64,000 nucleotides of DNA from Minisyncoccota bacterium. Lineage in GTDB: Bacteria > Patescibacteriota > Minisyncoccia > Phycocordibacterales > Phycocordibacteraceae. The position numbers and the translations under genes were made by a program. The notes beneath the pieces are model-generated. The model was not told where the DNA came from. It did no database searches and saw only the letters and a program-made list of their open reading frames with translations. Location: contig JBAZXD010000002.1 in the NCBI GenBank assembly GCA_041660025.1, positions 68,635 through 132,634 on the forward strand, written 5' to 3'. This document shows positions 62,012 to 64,000 of the stretch, one piece after another (positions within the stretch are counted from its first letter, which is position 1; each line of letters starts with the position of its first letter).

Positions 62012-62073
62012 TCGCGACCTCAAGCGGGGTACGGCTGGCGAATTTGCCAGCCGTTGTTTTTATCCCCCTTCAG

Positions 62074-62102
62074 CGAACGGCTCAGACCCCGTCTGAGCCG
62101 TT
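62074..62102. repeat. 29-bp palindromic repeat, copy 2
   Basis: Identical to 31803-31831. Confidence 0.85.
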
Positions 62103-62144
62103 TGGCGCACAGTAGAATCCTCAAGATTCTGGTACACTTTGAGT

Positions 62145-62642
62145 ATGAAGAAATATGTACTTATTGCCGGGGTGCTGGTGCTGGTTATTGTCGGGGGATT
62201 GTGGGCGGTAAATGTGCGTATTGCGCAGGCGCCCGGTGGGCGGGCGTGCACGATGGAGGCGAAGCTCTGTCCCGACGGCTCCGCCGTCGGGAGGACCGGC
62301 CCGAACTGCGAATTCGCCGAGTGTCCCTTCGGCGATCCCGTCACGCTTGAAGCACAGATAGGGCAGGAGGTCAGCGGCCTCGATGTGCGTGTCACGCCGC
62401 TTACGGTGCTCGAGGACAGTCGGTGCCCCCTCGACGTGGTGTGCATTCAGGCGGGGACGGTGCGGGTGCGAGCGCGCCTCATAAGCGGCCTCGGCACCGC
62501 GATGCAGGAATTCAAGCTCGGTCAGCCGATAACGACGGAGGCGGAGAGTATCACGCTCACGCAAGTCATCCCCCAGCCGAAAGCGGGAATCAAGATACAA
62601 GACAGCGAATACGTATTCAGCTTCGAGGTTGCAAAGCGCTAG
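62145..62642 (+). CDS. exported Cys-motif protein
   Basis: N-terminal TM; ACTMEAKLCPDGSAVGRTGPNCEFAECP and DSRCPLDVVCIQAG modules. Confidence 0.8.
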   Translation: MKKYVLIAGVLVLVIVGGLWAVNVRIAQAPGGRACTMEAKLCPDGSAVGRTGPNCEFAECPFGDPVTLEAQIGQEVSGLDVRVTPLTVLEDSRCPLDVVCIQAGTVRVRARLISGLGTAMQEFKLGQPITTEAESITLTQVIPQPKAGIKIQDSEYVFSFEVAKR

Positions 62643-62720
62643 TCGGGTTGTGCACCTACCGCCGCCGGGCTTTGCCTGGCGGCGGTATCATTATGGTATT
62701 AGCCGAATAACCTTATTGGT

Positions 62721-62996
62721 ATGAATCATCACATCGATCCTGTGAAGACCGGGCTCTCGGTTGGAGCATTCCTCGGCGGGTTACATCTCGTGTGGTCGCT
62801 TCTTGTCGCGTTCGGATGGGCACAGGCGCTCGTCGACTTCGTCCTCTGGATGCATATGATCAACTTGCCGTACGTCGTGACGGCGTTTGATCTCTCCGCA
62901 GCGACGACGCTCGTCGTTATTACCGCGCTATTCGGATGCGTACTCGGTTATTTCTACGCACGCATCTGGAATCGCGTGCACCGCGTGGAAGTCTGA
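62721..62996 (+). CDS. small membrane protein
   Basis: 91 aa, two or three hydrophobic helices, HLVWSLL and WMHM motifs. Confidence 0.75.
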   Translation: MNHHIDPVKTGLSVGAFLGGLHLVWSLLVAFGWAQALVDFVLWMHMINLPYVVTAFDLSAATTLVVITALFGCVLGYFYARIWNRVHRVEV

Positions 62997-63860
62997 TCAC
63001 CCGGCGAGAAGAGCGAGTCCGAGGAGGATAAGCAGGAAGGAAACGACCTTGACCCACAGTTTCTTCTCATGGAAGTAAAGGTTGCCTGAGATCATTGCGA
63101 AGAATATATTCAGCGCCCGCTTCGCCGCGGCGATGACTGACGCCGTGCCGAAGAAGTAGGCGAAGCCCATGACGGAACTGCCGACGCCCATGAGGAACGA
63201 TTGCGTGAAGAATATCGGATGCGCGAGGAGTCGGAGAGGGTTCTCTTTCGCCCGCGCGAGCGCCATGATGAAAAAGAAGATCACGAGCACGAAACAGACG
63301 ATGCCCTGTTCCGCTTCGACCGAATTAAAGTTGGTAACGTCGTACTTGAAGAGCGAGATCGTGGCAACGGCGTTTACCGCGGTGAAGACGACGAGCCACG
63401 CGCCCTCGCGGCGGATACCATGGTTGATGAATATGAGGATCAGGCTCGCGATGATGAGCGACATCCCGGCGATCTGCGGCAGGCTCACGGAATAGGAGAG
63501 GGCGACGTCCGTGGCAAGGAGGAGCGGAATAGTAATGGTGTGTAGAAAGCCGGATGTGCTCCGGTCGGCGCGCACGATAGCGTACGCGCCCGCGAGTGCC
63601 TGAAGTATCTCGAGCCCGACGCGGGGAAGGAACGTCGGAAGAGAAGCAGTGCTGAAAACAAATCCGCTTGGGAAGCCTGGCGCGAAAAAGTCCTTCGGAA
63701 TGAGGAACGCGAACGCGAGCAGGAACAGGGTTGTCCAAAAATAACTGAGAAAGCCAAGCGACAGCACGCTCTCTTTTCCGCGCGCGGTCTCCCATTTGCC
63801 GACCGAAACGCTGATCTCTTCAACGAAAGCCGCGCCGGCGGTTAATACGATGCCAAACAT
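62997..63860 (-). CDS. DMT/EamA-like multi-pass transporter
   Basis: About 10 TM helices ending YFHEKKLWVKVVSFLLILLGLALL. Confidence 0.7.
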   Translation of the reverse strand: MFGIVLTAGAAFVEEISVSVGKWETARGKESVLSLGFLSYFWTTLFLLAFAFLIPKDFFAPGFPSGFVFSTASLPTFLPRVGLEILQALAGAYAIVRADRSTSGFLHTITIPLLLATDVALSYSVSLPQIAGMSLIIASLILIFINHGIRREGAWLVVFTAVNAVATISLFKYDVTNFNSVEAEQGIVCFVLVIFFFIMALARAKENPLRLLAHPIFFTQSFLMGVGSSVMGFAYFFGTASVIAAAKRALNIFFAMISGNLYFHEKKLWVKVVSFLLILLGLALLAG

Positions 63861-63897
63861 CCCTACAGTATCGCACACGGTCTGGTATCATCGCCCT

Positions 63898-64000
63898 ATG
63901 ACTCAAGGCGAAGCGCTCACGATATTGAAGACGGGTGCGAACGTCTACCTCACCGGCGAGCCGGGGAGCGGGAAGACGCACACGATAAACGAGTTCGTCG
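63898..64000 (+). CDS. Pif1/RecD-like helicase, 5' partial
   Basis: MTQGEALTILKTGANVYLTGEPGSGKT (Walker A). Confidence 0.75.
   Translation, partial: MTQGEALTILKTGANVYLTGEPGSGKTHTINEFV

Noticed and set aside
62657-62687. GC hairpin TACCGCCGCCGGGC-TTT-GCCTGGCGGCGGTA as another mobile element
   Set aside because: Single copy directly after a stop codon; cannot be distinguished from a terminator

Overview
High-GC housekeeping region of a small-genome bacterium, most likely a Patescibacteria/CPR (Parcubacteria-like) organism using genetic code 11. That assignment is inferred from a NusB-NUDIX fusion, a short SMC, a monomeric mitochondrial-type PheRS, an editing-less ThrRS, a sortase and CPR-style exported proteins. 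Core content is a glycolysis/pentose-phosphate cluster, translation genes, tRNA-Thr(UGU), gyrB, dnaE, rnhB, rnc, smc, rnr, trmD, rpoBC, dnaG, rpoD, hisS and prmC. Six unusual layers are superimposed. (1) About a dozen AT-richer single-gene units, most with their own promoter, Shine-Dalgarno and terminator, sit between core genes; one junction preserves a second, synonymously diverged copy of the trmD 3' end. (2) TA-flanked palindromic mini-elements occur at stop codons, in a -10 box, and once as an in-frame 30-codon insert in a nuclease gene. (3) There is a compact 6S-like ncRNA candidate. (4) A sortase locus includes an IPYTG substrate carrying a long cytoplasmic tail with EP[IV]YE repeats. 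(5) Core genes appear largely leaderless. (6) A four-helix-bundle gene is bracketed by inverted heptamer arrays. No CRISPR array, rRNA, integrase, transposase or reverse transcriptase was seen. All calls come from reading the sequence; no database searches were run.
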